Positions 28,035 through 37,614 of a DNA stretch of 64,000 nt are shown in pieces. How positions within the stretch are numbered: the first letter of the stretch is position 1; each line of letters opens with the position of its first letter. The stretch is from Longimicrobiales bacterium (lineage in GTDB: Bacteria > Gemmatimonadota > Gemmatimonadetes > Longimicrobiales > Gaopeijiaceae). The DNA is taken from the NCBI GenBank assembly GCA_963664435.2, contig CAXXKM010000001.1, positions 736,001 to 800,000 on the forward strand, in the 5' to 3' direction. The notes beneath the pieces are model-generated. The model ran no database searches, was not told the DNA's origin, and saw only the letters and a list, made by a program, of their open reading frames with translations. Made by a program: the position numbers and the translations under genes.

Positions 28035-29741
28035 CTATGCGAAATCCGAGCGCCACAGGTGGACTGCTCGCTTTGCAAGTTGGCGTTGGCGTTCATCCAG
28101 AAATGACAGCGTCCACTCTTCGGGAGCGATCTCCGAAATCGCCCTGGTCATCTCGTACTGACTCTCGTCGTATGCGGCCAACTTGCGCTCGTAGCTTCCG
28201 TTGCCGACAGCCCGGTTGAGCTTGGCTTCGAGCAAAGTGAGGTTGCCGATCCGGTTGGCAGCACCTTGCTGAGTCGCTCTCGGAAACCCTTCCTCCCACT
28301 CGGAGTCCGGGTTTTCGGGGAGTATGTGCTCGATCGTCCCGGGATCGCGCTCCGAATCGCACGGCCTGCCGGAGGCGTCCTGCTCCAGTCGTGCCAGGAT
28401 GTGCTTGACCAGTCGCTTGCGAGGGCCCCGGGCCGGAATGGCCAGGTATGCAAAGGCGCTGGCCATTTGTCTGTCGTTTACGAAAATCGGTCGGAGTTCC
28501 TCGAAGAGCTCTCGCGGCCCTCTGGCCGTTCCGTCCACGACTGCCTTGCTCGCCCGATGGTATACGGGCTCCAATTCGTTGGTATTCAACCTGCTCACTA
28601 CCGTGTACCGGAATGCCACCACCGAAACAAGCTTCAACGTCCGTACAAAGTCAGGCCGCGACCATTTCTCCCAGACCACAAACAATAGCGGCATCATCTG
28701 GGTAACACGAAAGAGCTTGAGTTCCACAACGTAGGGCCGCGCATCCGGTGTCTCCACCCAGTATTCGTGGGATGGATCGAGTACAGCCGCGAACAACTCC
28801 GCGCGCCTTTCCAGAACTCTCAACAAGCTGAACACGTCACGGGCAGATTGGTACCGGTCGCGGACGATCTTGAACAGGCGACGACGGCGCACCTGAGGTT
28901 GCTCGCAAAGCAAGTGGTACCGAAGGAGATCGGGCACGCGCTTCTGATCGACGGTATCCGCTATGCGTTGCCATCCTCGCAGCATCGAGGGACGGTCCGC
29001 GTCCGATGCTTTCGCGAAAATGTAGTTCTTGAGGAGATCGGTCGTGGTCAACTCAAGCCCGCGCGCGTTGAGAGTCTCAAAGACGGTATAGGCGTTCAGA
29101 GCATCATCAACAGTGATCAGGATGAAGACCAAGTGCCGGGCGACCGTCTCGGACATCAAGCTGGCGAGCGCTCTCCCGTCGTTCTTGACGGCATCCAAAC
29201 TTCGAATCTGCTTGCCGAAGTACTGGAAGCAGCCCCAGAGCAGCTTGTTGGAAGGCCTCAAGCCGCGAGGGTTGCCAGGCTCTTCAAGCTGAACCAGGTA
29301 GTCCTGATAGAAGCCGTTGTCCGTCTCGTTCAGGTTGAGCCGGCTTGACTCAACGAGTGATGCCGGATCCTTCTCTCCAATGAAACGGTTGCGGAGCTCC
29401 CGGGCACGAGCCTGGTTCCCTTCTGCGTCTACCCCGGACGCAGCCAAATCGAGAAGGGCGTCGATCACCGCCAAGGCAAGTACGCTCAGGGTGGCGAGGC
29501 GCTGTTGCCCGTCTATGACGACGAATCTACGGTCCGACTGCGCCTCGACGACCAACGCGCCCATGTAGTGCCGGCTATCTTCCGGGGAAAGCATGTCGGC
29601 AATATCGTTCCACAGGTCTTCCCACTGCTCCTGGCGCCAGGAATAGTCGCGCTGGTAAGGAGGAACGAAGTACGCCCTTCCGTTACCGATCAACTCCTGG
29701 TAGTTGACGGTCCGTGTGTCCAACAGCGTGGTTCTGGCCAT
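28035..29741 (-). CDS. DUF262 + DUF1524 protein (GmrSD-like type IV restriction endonuclease)
   Basis: PYQRDYSW, DGQQR, FETLNARG; C-terminal TIEHILP..IGNLTLL..N. Confidence 0.9.
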   Translation of the reverse strand: MARTTLLDTRTVNYQELIGNGRAYFVPPYQRDYSWRQEQWEDLWNDIADMLSPEDSRHYMGALVVEAQSDRRFVVIDGQQRLATLSVLALAVIDALLDLAASGVDAEGNQARARELRNRFIGEKDPASLVESSRLNLNETDNGFYQDYLVQLEEPGNPRGLRPSNKLLWGCFQYFGKQIRSLDAVKNDGRALASLMSETVARHLVFILITVDDALNAYTVFETLNARGLELTTTDLLKNYIFAKASDADRPSMLRGWQRIADTVDQKRVPDLLRYHLLCEQPQVRRRRLFKIVRDRYQSARDVFSLLRVLERRAELFAAVLDPSHEYWVETPDARPYVVELKLFRVTQMMPLLFVVWEKWSRPDFVRTLKLVSVVAFRYTVVSRLNTNELEPVYHRASKAVVDGTARGPRELFEELRPIFVNDRQMASAFAYLAIPARGPRKRLVKHILARLEQDASGRPCDSERDPGTIEHILPENPDSEWEEGFPRATQQGAANRIGNLTLLEAKLNRAVGNGSYERKLAAYDESQYEMTRAISEIAPEEWTLSFLDERQRQLAKRAVHLWRSDFA

Positions 29742-29802
29742 CCAGGCTCCCCGATCGACGATCCCCTGCGTGCTCGGCTACTTGGCGAGAAAAGCTAACC
29801 CC

Positions 29803-31206
29803 TCAATACGGCAGGAAGTACAGCGCCACGGCGATGAAGGGAACCAGAAGGATCATCATCGTGATGGCGTAGCCGAACATGTCGCGGGCGCGCAGGCCCG
29901 TAATGGCGAGCAGCGGGAGTGCCCAGAACGGGTTGAACAGGTTCGTGTGCGCGTCGCCCACGGCATAGGCGGCGATGGTCTGGCCGTGCGGCACGCCGAG
30001 TTCCGCCCCTGCTTGCATCATGGGGCCCCCGACGATGGCCCATTCGCTCCCTGCCGAGGGCACGAAGACGTTCATGATGCCGCCCGTGATCCAGGTGACG
30101 ACCGGGAAGTTGTCCGGGGTGGACATGGAGAGCAGGCTCTCCGTCATCGTTTCCACGAGGCCGGTGCCGGTCATGATCCCGACGATCCCCGCATAGAACG
30201 GGAATTGCAGGATGATGCCGGCGCTTCCCTTCACCGCGTCGGTGAACTCGTCCTGGTATTGGGAAGGGCTGATGTAGAGGAGCATCCCGATCATCAGGAA
30301 GCCGAAGTTGAAGACGTTGAGGTCGAGGGCTCCCATTGGGTCCGTTATGAATTCCCGGCCCAGCATCACGACGCCCGTCAGGGCAATGATTCCGCCCAGA
30401 ATGCGGCTGTGGTTGATGCGGTCGGCGGGGCTTGCCTTGGCGACTGCCGGCGCGGGGGGATGGGTGTCTTCGGCGTCGGCTTCCTCGGGAAGGTAGCGCG
30501 CGATGCCTCGGCAGTTCTGGTCCGGCGGGGCGAGGAGATAGAGCATCAGGCACCCATAGGCCAGCGCGAGCCCCGTGAGCAGCAGCGGATAGGGATGGAA
30601 GACCCACTCGCTGGCCGGGATCACCCGGTCGACGATGCCCATCTGCATGAAGACGTTGTTGTCCGTCGCCTGCAGGAGGCCCGCGGAGCTGGACATGCCC
30701 CATCCCCAGGTCAGGCTCATGCCCATGTATCCCGCCACGGCGAGCAGCGGATAGTGGACGGCTGTTCCGCGACGATGGGCGACCTTTCCCATTTCGCGCG
30801 CGAGGATGGCGCCGAAGATGAGCCCGAGACCCCACGAGATCCATCCCGTGAGCATCGAACCAACGCCCACCAGCACCACCGCCTGGCGCCCGTTCCGGGG
30901 GAGCCGCACCAGCCAGAGAATGCCCCGCTTCACGACCGGGTGGTACGCAACCACGAACCCGGTCACCAGGATGATGACCATCTGCATGGCGAAGGTGAGC
31001 AGCACCCAGAAGCCGTCGTACCAGGCGAAGGCGATCTCGGCGGGGCTCGATCCCTCGGACAGCCAGGCCGTCACTGCGGCGACATAGGTGAGGATGATGG
31101 CGAACAGGAACGGGTTCGGCATCCATCGTTCGACGAAGTCGGCGACGACCTCACCGAACTTCTGTACGGGCGTAAGCCTGGGCTCTCCGGCGCTGGGCTG
31201 GGTCAA
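29803..31206 (-). CDS. Short-chain fatty acid transporter (AtoE / TIGR00366 family)
   Basis: PNPFLFAIILT, FAMQM, HYPLLA, ILQFPFYAGI, FVPS.G.EW, GDA.TNL..PFWALP. Confidence 0.9.
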   Translation of the reverse strand: MTQPSAGEPRLTPVQKFGEVVADFVERWMPNPFLFAIILTYVAAVTAWLSEGSSPAEIAFAWYDGFWVLLTFAMQMVIILVTGFVVAYHPVVKRGILWLVRLPRNGRQAVVLVGVGSMLTGWISWGLGLIFGAILAREMGKVAHRRGTAVHYPLLAVAGYMGMSLTWGWGMSSSAGLLQATDNNVFMQMGIVDRVIPASEWVFHPYPLLLTGLALAYGCLMLYLLAPPDQNCRGIARYLPEEADAEDTHPPAPAVAKASPADRINHSRILGGIIALTGVVMLGREFITDPMGALDLNVFNFGFLMIGMLLYISPSQYQDEFTDAVKGSAGIILQFPFYAGIVGIMTGTGLVETMTESLLSMSTPDNFPVVTWITGGIMNVFVPSAGSEWAIVGGPMMQAGAELGVPHGQTIAAYAVGDAHTNLFNPFWALPLLAITGLRARDMFGYAITMMILLVPFIAVALYFLPY

Positions 31207-31559
31207 GGCGCTTCCTCCCTCTGACGTCTTCGGAGTTCAACTCGCCCGCGGGTCCCGGCTGCGGGACGGCAACCCGGCAACATACGGAGCGGGCTGCTCC
31301 GGGAACAGTAAAGCGTGCGGGGCCTTGCCCTTGGCAGGAACAGAGACCGGCACGCGCCGAGGTAGACGTCCCGGCCGCCCATGCGGGGGCCGGGGCACTT
31401 GCCCGGAAACCCTTGCAGGACCACGATGGGAGGATTCCCCGCTTGCCATCTGAGCGCCCCGGAGTCTCGCCGATCCGGCCTCCTGGCCCCGCGGAGCATC
31501 CCGTCGCCCCAGAGTTCCGGCACCGCAGAGCATCCCATCGCCCCAGCCGAGGTGGTTCC

Positions 31560-32747
31560 ATGATCGTTCGCAAGAAGCTTCCGGATTTTCCTTCCCTGCC
31601 TGCTCGCGAAAGCGGGCGAGGCCGTCCTCCGGCGTTGGTGCTCGTGTTCGCGGTCCTGGTTGGCCTGACCGCGGCCTGCGCGGCGCCCGACGCCCCCGAC
31701 TCTGCAGGTGCTCCCGATTCCGCCGGGGGGATGGCGGCCGGGGTCCCGCAGTTCGAACCCGTGGAGGGGTGGTTCCAGCTGCCCGAGGGCTTCGAGTGGG
31801 GGCAGGTGATCGGTCTCTTCGCCGACGCCCGGGGACACATCTGGACCTCGAGCGGCAGCCAGATAGGGGAATGGGACACCGAGGGGAACCTGGTGCAGTC
31901 GTGGAGCGCGGCAGGGCCGGACGGCAACTGGAGCACCATCCATGGCCTCTTCGTGGACCACAACGACTTCGTGTGGACCAACGCGAGAGAGAGCCAGATG
32001 ACGCTCAAGTTCACGCGCGACGGGGAGCACGTGATGACGCTCGGGCGCTTCGATGAAACGGGGGGCAGCAACGACCCGACGCTCATGGGCCGGCCAGCCG
32101 AGATCTGGGTCGATCCCGAGGACAACGAGGTGTTCATCGCGGACGGATACGGCAATCGGCGCGTGATCGTGGTCGATGGCGAGAGCGGGGAGTACCTGCG
32201 GCACTGGGGCGCGTACGGGGAGCAGCCGGACGACGACTATGAATGGGATCCGATGTCGGGAGAGCCGTCCCGCCAGTTCCAGACCGCGCACGGGATCGCG
32301 GGGTCCCGGGACGGACTCATCTATCTCGCGGACCGGGCCAACAACCGGATCCAGGTCTTCCGGCAGGGCGGCGAATACGTGATGGAGAAGATCGTGCGTC
32401 CGCTGTGCCCGCCCGAGGGCGATCCGCTGCCGGACTGCGGGGGTTCAGCGGCCTTTTCCGTCGGTTTCTCGCCCGACGAGGCGCAGACCTGGCTCTACGT
32501 TGCCGACGGGGGGTCGCATGTGATTCTGGTCCTGCGCCGTTCGGACCTGGAGGTCGTGGATGAGTTCGGGGGTCCCGGGGTGGGTCCCGGAGGGCTCGGC
32601 CGCCCGCACAACCTGTCCATTGATCCCCAGGGGAACATGTTCGTGGCCGAAGCGGCCGGGCCCATGGTGGTCAACGCTGCCGGAGACAGTGTCCAGGCCG
32701 GGTTCAGGGCGCAGAAGTTCGCGGTGCGGGGGACGGAGGGGAGTTAG
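31560..32747 (+). CDS. NHL-repeat beta-propeller lipoprotein
   Basis: Lipobox TAAC; EVFIADGYGNRRV, HGI..DG.IY.ADR.NNRIQVF. Confidence 0.85.
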   Translation: MIVRKKLPDFPSLPARESGRGRPPALVLVFAVLVGLTAACAAPDAPDSAGAPDSAGGMAAGVPQFEPVEGWFQLPEGFEWGQVIGLFADARGHIWTSSGSQIGEWDTEGNLVQSWSAAGPDGNWSTIHGLFVDHNDFVWTNARESQMTLKFTRDGEHVMTLGRFDETGGSNDPTLMGRPAEIWVDPEDNEVFIADGYGNRRVIVVDGESGEYLRHWGAYGEQPDDDYEWDPMSGEPSRQFQTAHGIAGSRDGLIYLADRANNRIQVFRQGGEYVMEKIVRPLCPPEGDPLPDCGGSAAFSVGFSPDEAQTWLYVADGGSHVILVLRRSDLEVVDEFGGPGVGPGGLGRPHNLSIDPQGNMFVAEAAGPMVVNAAGDSVQAGFRAQKFAVRGTEGS

Positions 32748-32814
32748 GGCTAGGCGCTCGATAGAGATGACGGGATGGATGACTCGATAGGCGACTCAGT
32801 ACGGAGCGCTGTAG

Positions 32815-35691
32815 ATGATTGATGGAGGCATTCCGAGGCGCTCGGCGGCGGCGGGTCTTGCGTTCCTGGCCCTGGCCGGTCCCGTTGGGCTCGTGGCGCA
32901 ATCGACGGGTGGCTCGCCCGGGCTCGATCGGGTGCTCGCGTTCCCGGCGGCGGTGGCCGAAGAGCGGCTCGATCCCGACCGGGGCGCGATGGGAGCCTGG
33001 CAACGCATCCTCAAGCTCCGCACGACGGCGAGTCTGCTGCATGTGACCGCCCATCCCGACGATGAGAACTCCGGTATGCTCACGCTGGCAAGCCGCGGCT
33101 GGGGGGCGCGCACTGCTCTTCTGAGCCTGAACCGGGGGGAAGCCGGCGCCAATGCCATCGGTCCCGAGCTCTTTGACGGTCTGGGGCTGATCCGTACGCG
33201 CGAGTTGGTTCTGGCGGGCCGCTACTACGGTCTGGACGACCTCTATTTCACCACGGCCGTGGACTACGGCTACTCCAAGTCGGTGGAGGAGGCCTACCGG
33301 AGCTGGGACCGGGAGGCGGTCCTGGAGGACATGGTGCGGGTGATCCGGCTGAACCGGCCGCTGGTGGTGGTGGCCCGGTTCCACGGGTCGAGGCGGGACG
33401 GACACGGGCATCACCACGCGTCGGGATTGCTGACGCCGCAGGCGGTGGAGGCGGCCGCGGATCCGGGCCGGTTCCCGGACCAGATCGAGCAGGAGGGGCT
33501 TCGGCCGTGGCGGGTGCTGCGAACCTACCGCGGTGGAATTCGCGTGGATGAGTCCTTCCACGTGGAGGTGGACGCACGCGGAGAGAGTCCCTGGGTCGGT
33601 ACCAGCTTTCAGCGATGGGCCAGCCGGGGGCTCGGGCTCCAGCGCTCGCAGACGGCGGGACGGGTGCGCACGGGGGGCGGGCTCTATCGATATGAGTTGC
33701 GGGATGGGGGCGGGGGCGACGGGGGGGCGAGCCGGTACACGCGCGGGCGAGGCGATGAAGGGTTGCCCCCGAGCCAGGCCGAGGATTCCTTCTTTGCCGG
33801 TGTGGACACCTCGCTGAACGGGCTCCCCACCCTGCTCGGCGAGACGGCGAGCCCGGAGACCCGCGCGTTGCTGGCGCAGCTTCAGGGACTGGTCGATGAG
33901 CTCATCGCCGGGTTCGACTTCCGTGCCCCGGGGCAGTCCGTACCGAATCTGGTGCGGGGTCTCGGTCTGTTGCGCTCCGCGATTGAATCCTCGACGGCAG
34001 CGCCTGAGACACGGTTCCACCTGCGGCTGAAGGAACAGCAGTTCGAAGACGCCATCGCCGCCGCTGGGGGCCTTCGCGTGGAGGCGGGACTGCCGGGTGG
34101 AGCGGCAGGCGCGGTGGTGGTGCCCGGCCAGATCCTGGCGGCCGGAATCGCGGTCGAGGCGTCCGGAGCTGCAGGTGTTGGGGTCTCGGAAGCGCGGATC
34201 GTCGACCGGGCCGGGGCCGTGCTGGGCCGGACTTCCGGCTTTGCTCGCACGGGGAATGGTTTTGCGGCCGAGGCGGAGGTGCGCGTGCCCGAGGCGGACG
34301 TGCGCGTGCCCGAGACGGGCGCCGATGCGATGGCCGCCGCTCCCTACTTCGCGCGCGAAGGGCTCGCCCGGAACCACTACCAGGTGGCGGACTCGGCGGA
34401 CCTGCACCTTCCGTGGCGGCGACCCGCCCTGTCGGTTGCCGTCGACCTGGTTGTGGACGGGACGACCATGGTGTACACCGCCCCCCTCACCGCCCCCGTG
34501 CCCCGCCTGCCGTACGGGTCGGTGACGCGCCCGGTCGAGGTGCTGCCGGCCGTGTCGGTCGTGGTCGATCCGGCGGTGCGGGTGGTTCCGGTGGGCAGTA
34601 CGGGCGCGCCACCCGGCGACGCACGACCGGGCGGTCCCACCCCCACATCAGAGCGCCCCACCGCGCCGGTGAACGGACCACGGGACCGTCCCACCCCCAC
34701 ATCCGACCGCCCGGCCACCTCGGCGAACCGCCAGACCGCCCCCATCCCCATCCACGTGCGCGTTACCGCCAACACCGCCCCCCTCCCCGTCACGACCCGC
34801 CTGGAAGTCCCGGCCGGCTGGGCCGCCGCGCCCGCCACCGTGGCGCACGACTTCGCCCGCACGGGCGAGGTCGCCGAGGTGGCCTTCGAGGTCGCCCCGC
34901 CGGACGGGTGGGAGGGCGCCGCCACCATCGAGGCGGTGTCGCGGGCGGGCGGGCGCGAATACCGCACCGGCTACCAGACCATCGACCACCGCGACCTCCG
35001 GCTGGCGCGGCTGTGGCGCCCCGCCACCACGACCGTGCGGTCGGTACCCGTCGCCCGCCTGGACGGCGCGCGCGTGGGATACGTGATGGGGGTCGGCGAC
35101 GAGGTCCCCACCGCCATCGAGGCGCTGGGTGCACAGGTCGAAATGCTCGACGCGACCGCCCTCGCCGACCCCGCGTCGCTCACCGGACTCGACGCCATCG
35201 TGGTCGGCACCCGGGCGTACGCGGTGCGCGAGGACCTGCTGGAGCACAACCAGCGCCTGATCGAGTACGCGCGCGCCGGCGGCCACCTGGTGATCCTCTA
35301 CCAGACCCAGGAGTTCGTGCCCGGGGAGATGGCCCCCTACCCCGCCTCCCTCCCGCGCGGCGCGGAGGAGGTCTCCGAAGAGGACGCCGCAGTGCGCCTG
35401 CTGCAGCCGGCCCATCCGTTCATGACAACGCCCAACCGCATCACCGAAGCCGACTTCGACGGGTGGGTCGAGCAGCGCGGGTCCAAGTTCTTCACCGAGT
35501 GGGACGCCGCGTACACCCCGCTGGTGGAAACCCACGACCAGGGGCAGGCCCCGCAGGAAGGGATCTGGCTCACCGCCGAAATCGGCGGGGGCCACTACAC
35601 CTACCTGGCCCTCGCCCTGCACCGCCAGCTGCCCTACGGCGTGCCGGGCGCGTACCGCATCCTCTCCAACGTGCTCTCCCCGGGTCGCTGA
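32815..35691 (+). CDS. PIG-L/LmbE-family deacetylase with C-terminal glutamine-amidotransferase-like domain
   Basis: AHPDDE, RGEAG.N, HGHH; C-terminal GYVMG.GD, G.RAY, RQLP.GVPGAYR. Confidence 0.9.
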   Translation: MIDGGIPRRSAAAGLAFLALAGPVGLVAQSTGGSPGLDRVLAFPAAVAEERLDPDRGAMGAWQRILKLRTTASLLHVTAHPDDENSGMLTLASRGWGARTALLSLNRGEAGANAIGPELFDGLGLIRTRELVLAGRYYGLDDLYFTTAVDYGYSKSVEEAYRSWDREAVLEDMVRVIRLNRPLVVVARFHGSRRDGHGHHHASGLLTPQAVEAAADPGRFPDQIEQEGLRPWRVLRTYRGGIRVDESFHVEVDARGESPWVGTSFQRWASRGLGLQRSQTAGRVRTGGGLYRYELRDGGGGDGGASRYTRGRGDEGLPPSQAEDSFFAGVDTSLNGLPTLLGETASPETRALLAQLQGLVDELIAGFDFRAPGQSVPNLVRGLGLLRSAIESSTAAPETRFHLRLKEQQFEDAIAAAGGLRVEAGLPGGAAGAVVVPGQILAAGIAVEASGAAGVGVSEARIVDRAGAVLGRTSGFARTGNGFAAEAEVRVPEADVRVPETGADAMAAAPYFAREGLARNHYQVADSADLHLPWRRPALSVAVDLVVDGTTMVYTAPLTAPVPRLPYGSVTRPVEVLPAVSVVVDPAVRVVPVGSTGAPPGDARPGGPTPTSERPTAPVNGPRDRPTPTSDRPATSANRQTAPIPIHVRVTANTAPLPVTTRLEVPAGWAAAPATVAHDFARTGEVAEVAFEVAPPDGWEGAATIEAVSRAGGREYRTGYQTIDHRDLRLARLWRPATTTVRSVPVARLDGARVGYVMGVGDEVPTAIEALGAQVEMLDATALADPASLTGLDAIVVGTRAYAVREDLLEHNQRLIEYARAGGHLVILYQTQEFVPGEMAPYPASLPRGAEEVSEEDAAVRLLQPAHPFMTTPNRITEADFDGWVEQRGSKFFTEWDAAYTPLVETHDQGQAPQEGIWLTAEIGGGHYTYLALALHRQLPYGVPGAYRILSNVLSPGR

Positions 35692-35702
35692 ACCCCTGAC
35701 CC

Positions 35703-37505
35703 ATGGCCCTGACCTCCCTCGACTGGATCGTCGTCGCCATCTACGGCGCCGTGGTCCTCGCCATCGGCTTCGGCATGGCGCGGCGTGCGAGCGGCAGCGT
35801 GGAGAACTACTTCATCGCCGGACGGTCACTCCCCTGGTGGCTGGCGGGCACCTCCATCGCCGCGACCTGGTTCGCCAGCGACGCGCCCCTCGCCACCGCC
35901 GCCCTGGTGCGCCAGCAGGGCATCTTCGGGAACTGGCTGTGGTGGTACGAGGCGGCCGGCATTCTCATGCTGACCTTCTTCTACGCCCGTCTGTGGCGCC
36001 GCGCCGGGGTCATCACCGACGCCGAGGTGATCGAGATCCGCTACGGCGGCGCGCCCGCCCGCATCCTGCGCGCCTTCTCCGCCGTCTACCAGGGACTGAT
36101 CAGGAACGCCGTGGTGATGGGCTGGGTCATGCTGGCGATGGTGAAGTTCAGCAGCGTGCTCCTGGGATGGGACCCCGCGCTCACCCTGACCGTCTGCGTC
36201 GGGCTGGCGCTGGCCTATACCGTGGCGTCGGGGCTCTGGGGCGTCGTGGTCACCGACCTGATCCAGTTCATCGCCGGCATGCTCGGCGCGCTGACCCTCG
36301 CCGGCATCGTGCTGAACCGCTTCGGCGGCCCCGCCGCCATGGCGGAAGCCATCCGGAACGTCCCACAAGCCCCTCCCGGCGCCCTCGACCTGGTGCCGAC
36401 CGCAGCCAACGCCTCCTCGCTCGAGATGGTGTCGTTCCTCTGCCTGATCGGCATCCTCTGGCTGAGAAGCGGACAGGGCGACGGCTACGTGGCCCAGCGC
36501 CTGTTCGCGACCCGGGACGAGCGTCAGGCGGTGAAGGCGTCGCTCTGGTTCGCCTTCGCCGGAACGGTCCTCCTTACATGGCCGTGGATCGTGGTCGGTC
36601 TCGGATCGCTGCTGGTCTTCCCGCCCGCGGCCATGGACGCCGCGCTCGCCGCCGACCCCGAGCTCGCCTACCCCATGATGATCCGCGACCTCATGCCCGC
36701 CGGGCTCAGGGGACTGATGGTCGCGACCTTCCTGGCGGCCTTCATGAGCACCATGGACACGCACCTGTGCTGGGGCGCGTCGTACATGGTCAACGACGTC
36801 TACCGGCGCTTCATGCGCCCCGGCCGCTCCGAGCGCCACTACGTCGCGGCCTCACGGGTCGCGGTCGTGCTGCTGGCCGGGGTCGCGGCAGTGGTGGCCT
36901 GGCAGATGGACTCCATCCAGCGCGGCTGGATCTACATCATCGAGATCACCGCGGGCATTGCGCTGGTCTGGCTCCTCAGATGGTACTGGTGGAGGGTCAA
37001 CGCCTGGGCGGAGATCGCCGCCATGGCCGGCTCGGTCGTGCTGGCCAACACCCGGGTGCTGCTCGGGCTGATCGAGCCCGTCGTCCCCGGCGCCGTGCTC
37101 CAGGCCGTCGACGTCATGTACGCGCCCGGGATGGACCTCGTTCGCGGCGTGATCATCCTGATCGTCTGCACCGTTCTCTGGGTAACGGTCGCCCTGGCGA
37201 CGAAGCCCGAGTCCGACGAGGTGCTGGACGGCTTCTACCGCAGGGTGCACCCCGGCGGCTGGTGGGACCGGGTCGCGCGCCGCACCGGCGTCACCACGAA
37301 CGACCCGTCGGCGGGCCGCATGTGGATGGGCTTCCTGCTCGGGGCGCTCTTCGTCTACGCCAGCCTGCTCGGCGTCGGTTATCTTCTGACCGGGAAGGCC
37401 ATCGCGGGCACGCTTCTTGTTGTCGTCTCACTGGGCGCGGGTGCGCTGGCGGTTCGGAGCGCGCACGCCAACGCCGGAGAGACTCCCGCGGGCACCGCGT
37501 CCTGA
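35703..37505 (+). CDS. Sodium:solute symporter
   Basis: YFIAGRSLPWW, GVVVTD.IQ, YVAQR, AAFMST; many TM helices. Confidence 0.92.
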   Translation: MALTSLDWIVVAIYGAVVLAIGFGMARRASGSVENYFIAGRSLPWWLAGTSIAATWFASDAPLATAALVRQQGIFGNWLWWYEAAGILMLTFFYARLWRRAGVITDAEVIEIRYGGAPARILRAFSAVYQGLIRNAVVMGWVMLAMVKFSSVLLGWDPALTLTVCVGLALAYTVASGLWGVVVTDLIQFIAGMLGALTLAGIVLNRFGGPAAMAEAIRNVPQAPPGALDLVPTAANASSLEMVSFLCLIGILWLRSGQGDGYVAQRLFATRDERQAVKASLWFAFAGTVLLTWPWIVVGLGSLLVFPPAAMDAALAADPELAYPMMIRDLMPAGLRGLMVATFLAAFMSTMDTHLCWGASYMVNDVYRRFMRPGRSERHYVAASRVAVVLLAGVAAVVAWQMDSIQRGWIYIIEITAGIALVWLLRWYWWRVNAWAEIAAMAGSVVLANTRVLLGLIEPVVPGAVLQAVDVMYAPGMDLVRGVIILIVCTVLWVTVALATKPESDEVLDGFYRRVHPGGWWDRVARRTGVTTNDPSAGRMWMGFLLGALFVYASLLGVGYLLTGKAIAGTLLVVVSLGAGALAVRSAHANAGETPAGTAS

Positions 37506-37614
37506 CCGCGCACGCGTTATTCGGATCAGTGACCGCGGCGGAGAGTACCAGCGATCTCATCCGGGGAAGCCATCCCGATGACCGAGGAACGATCCCAGTG
37601 AAGGAAGCCATCCG

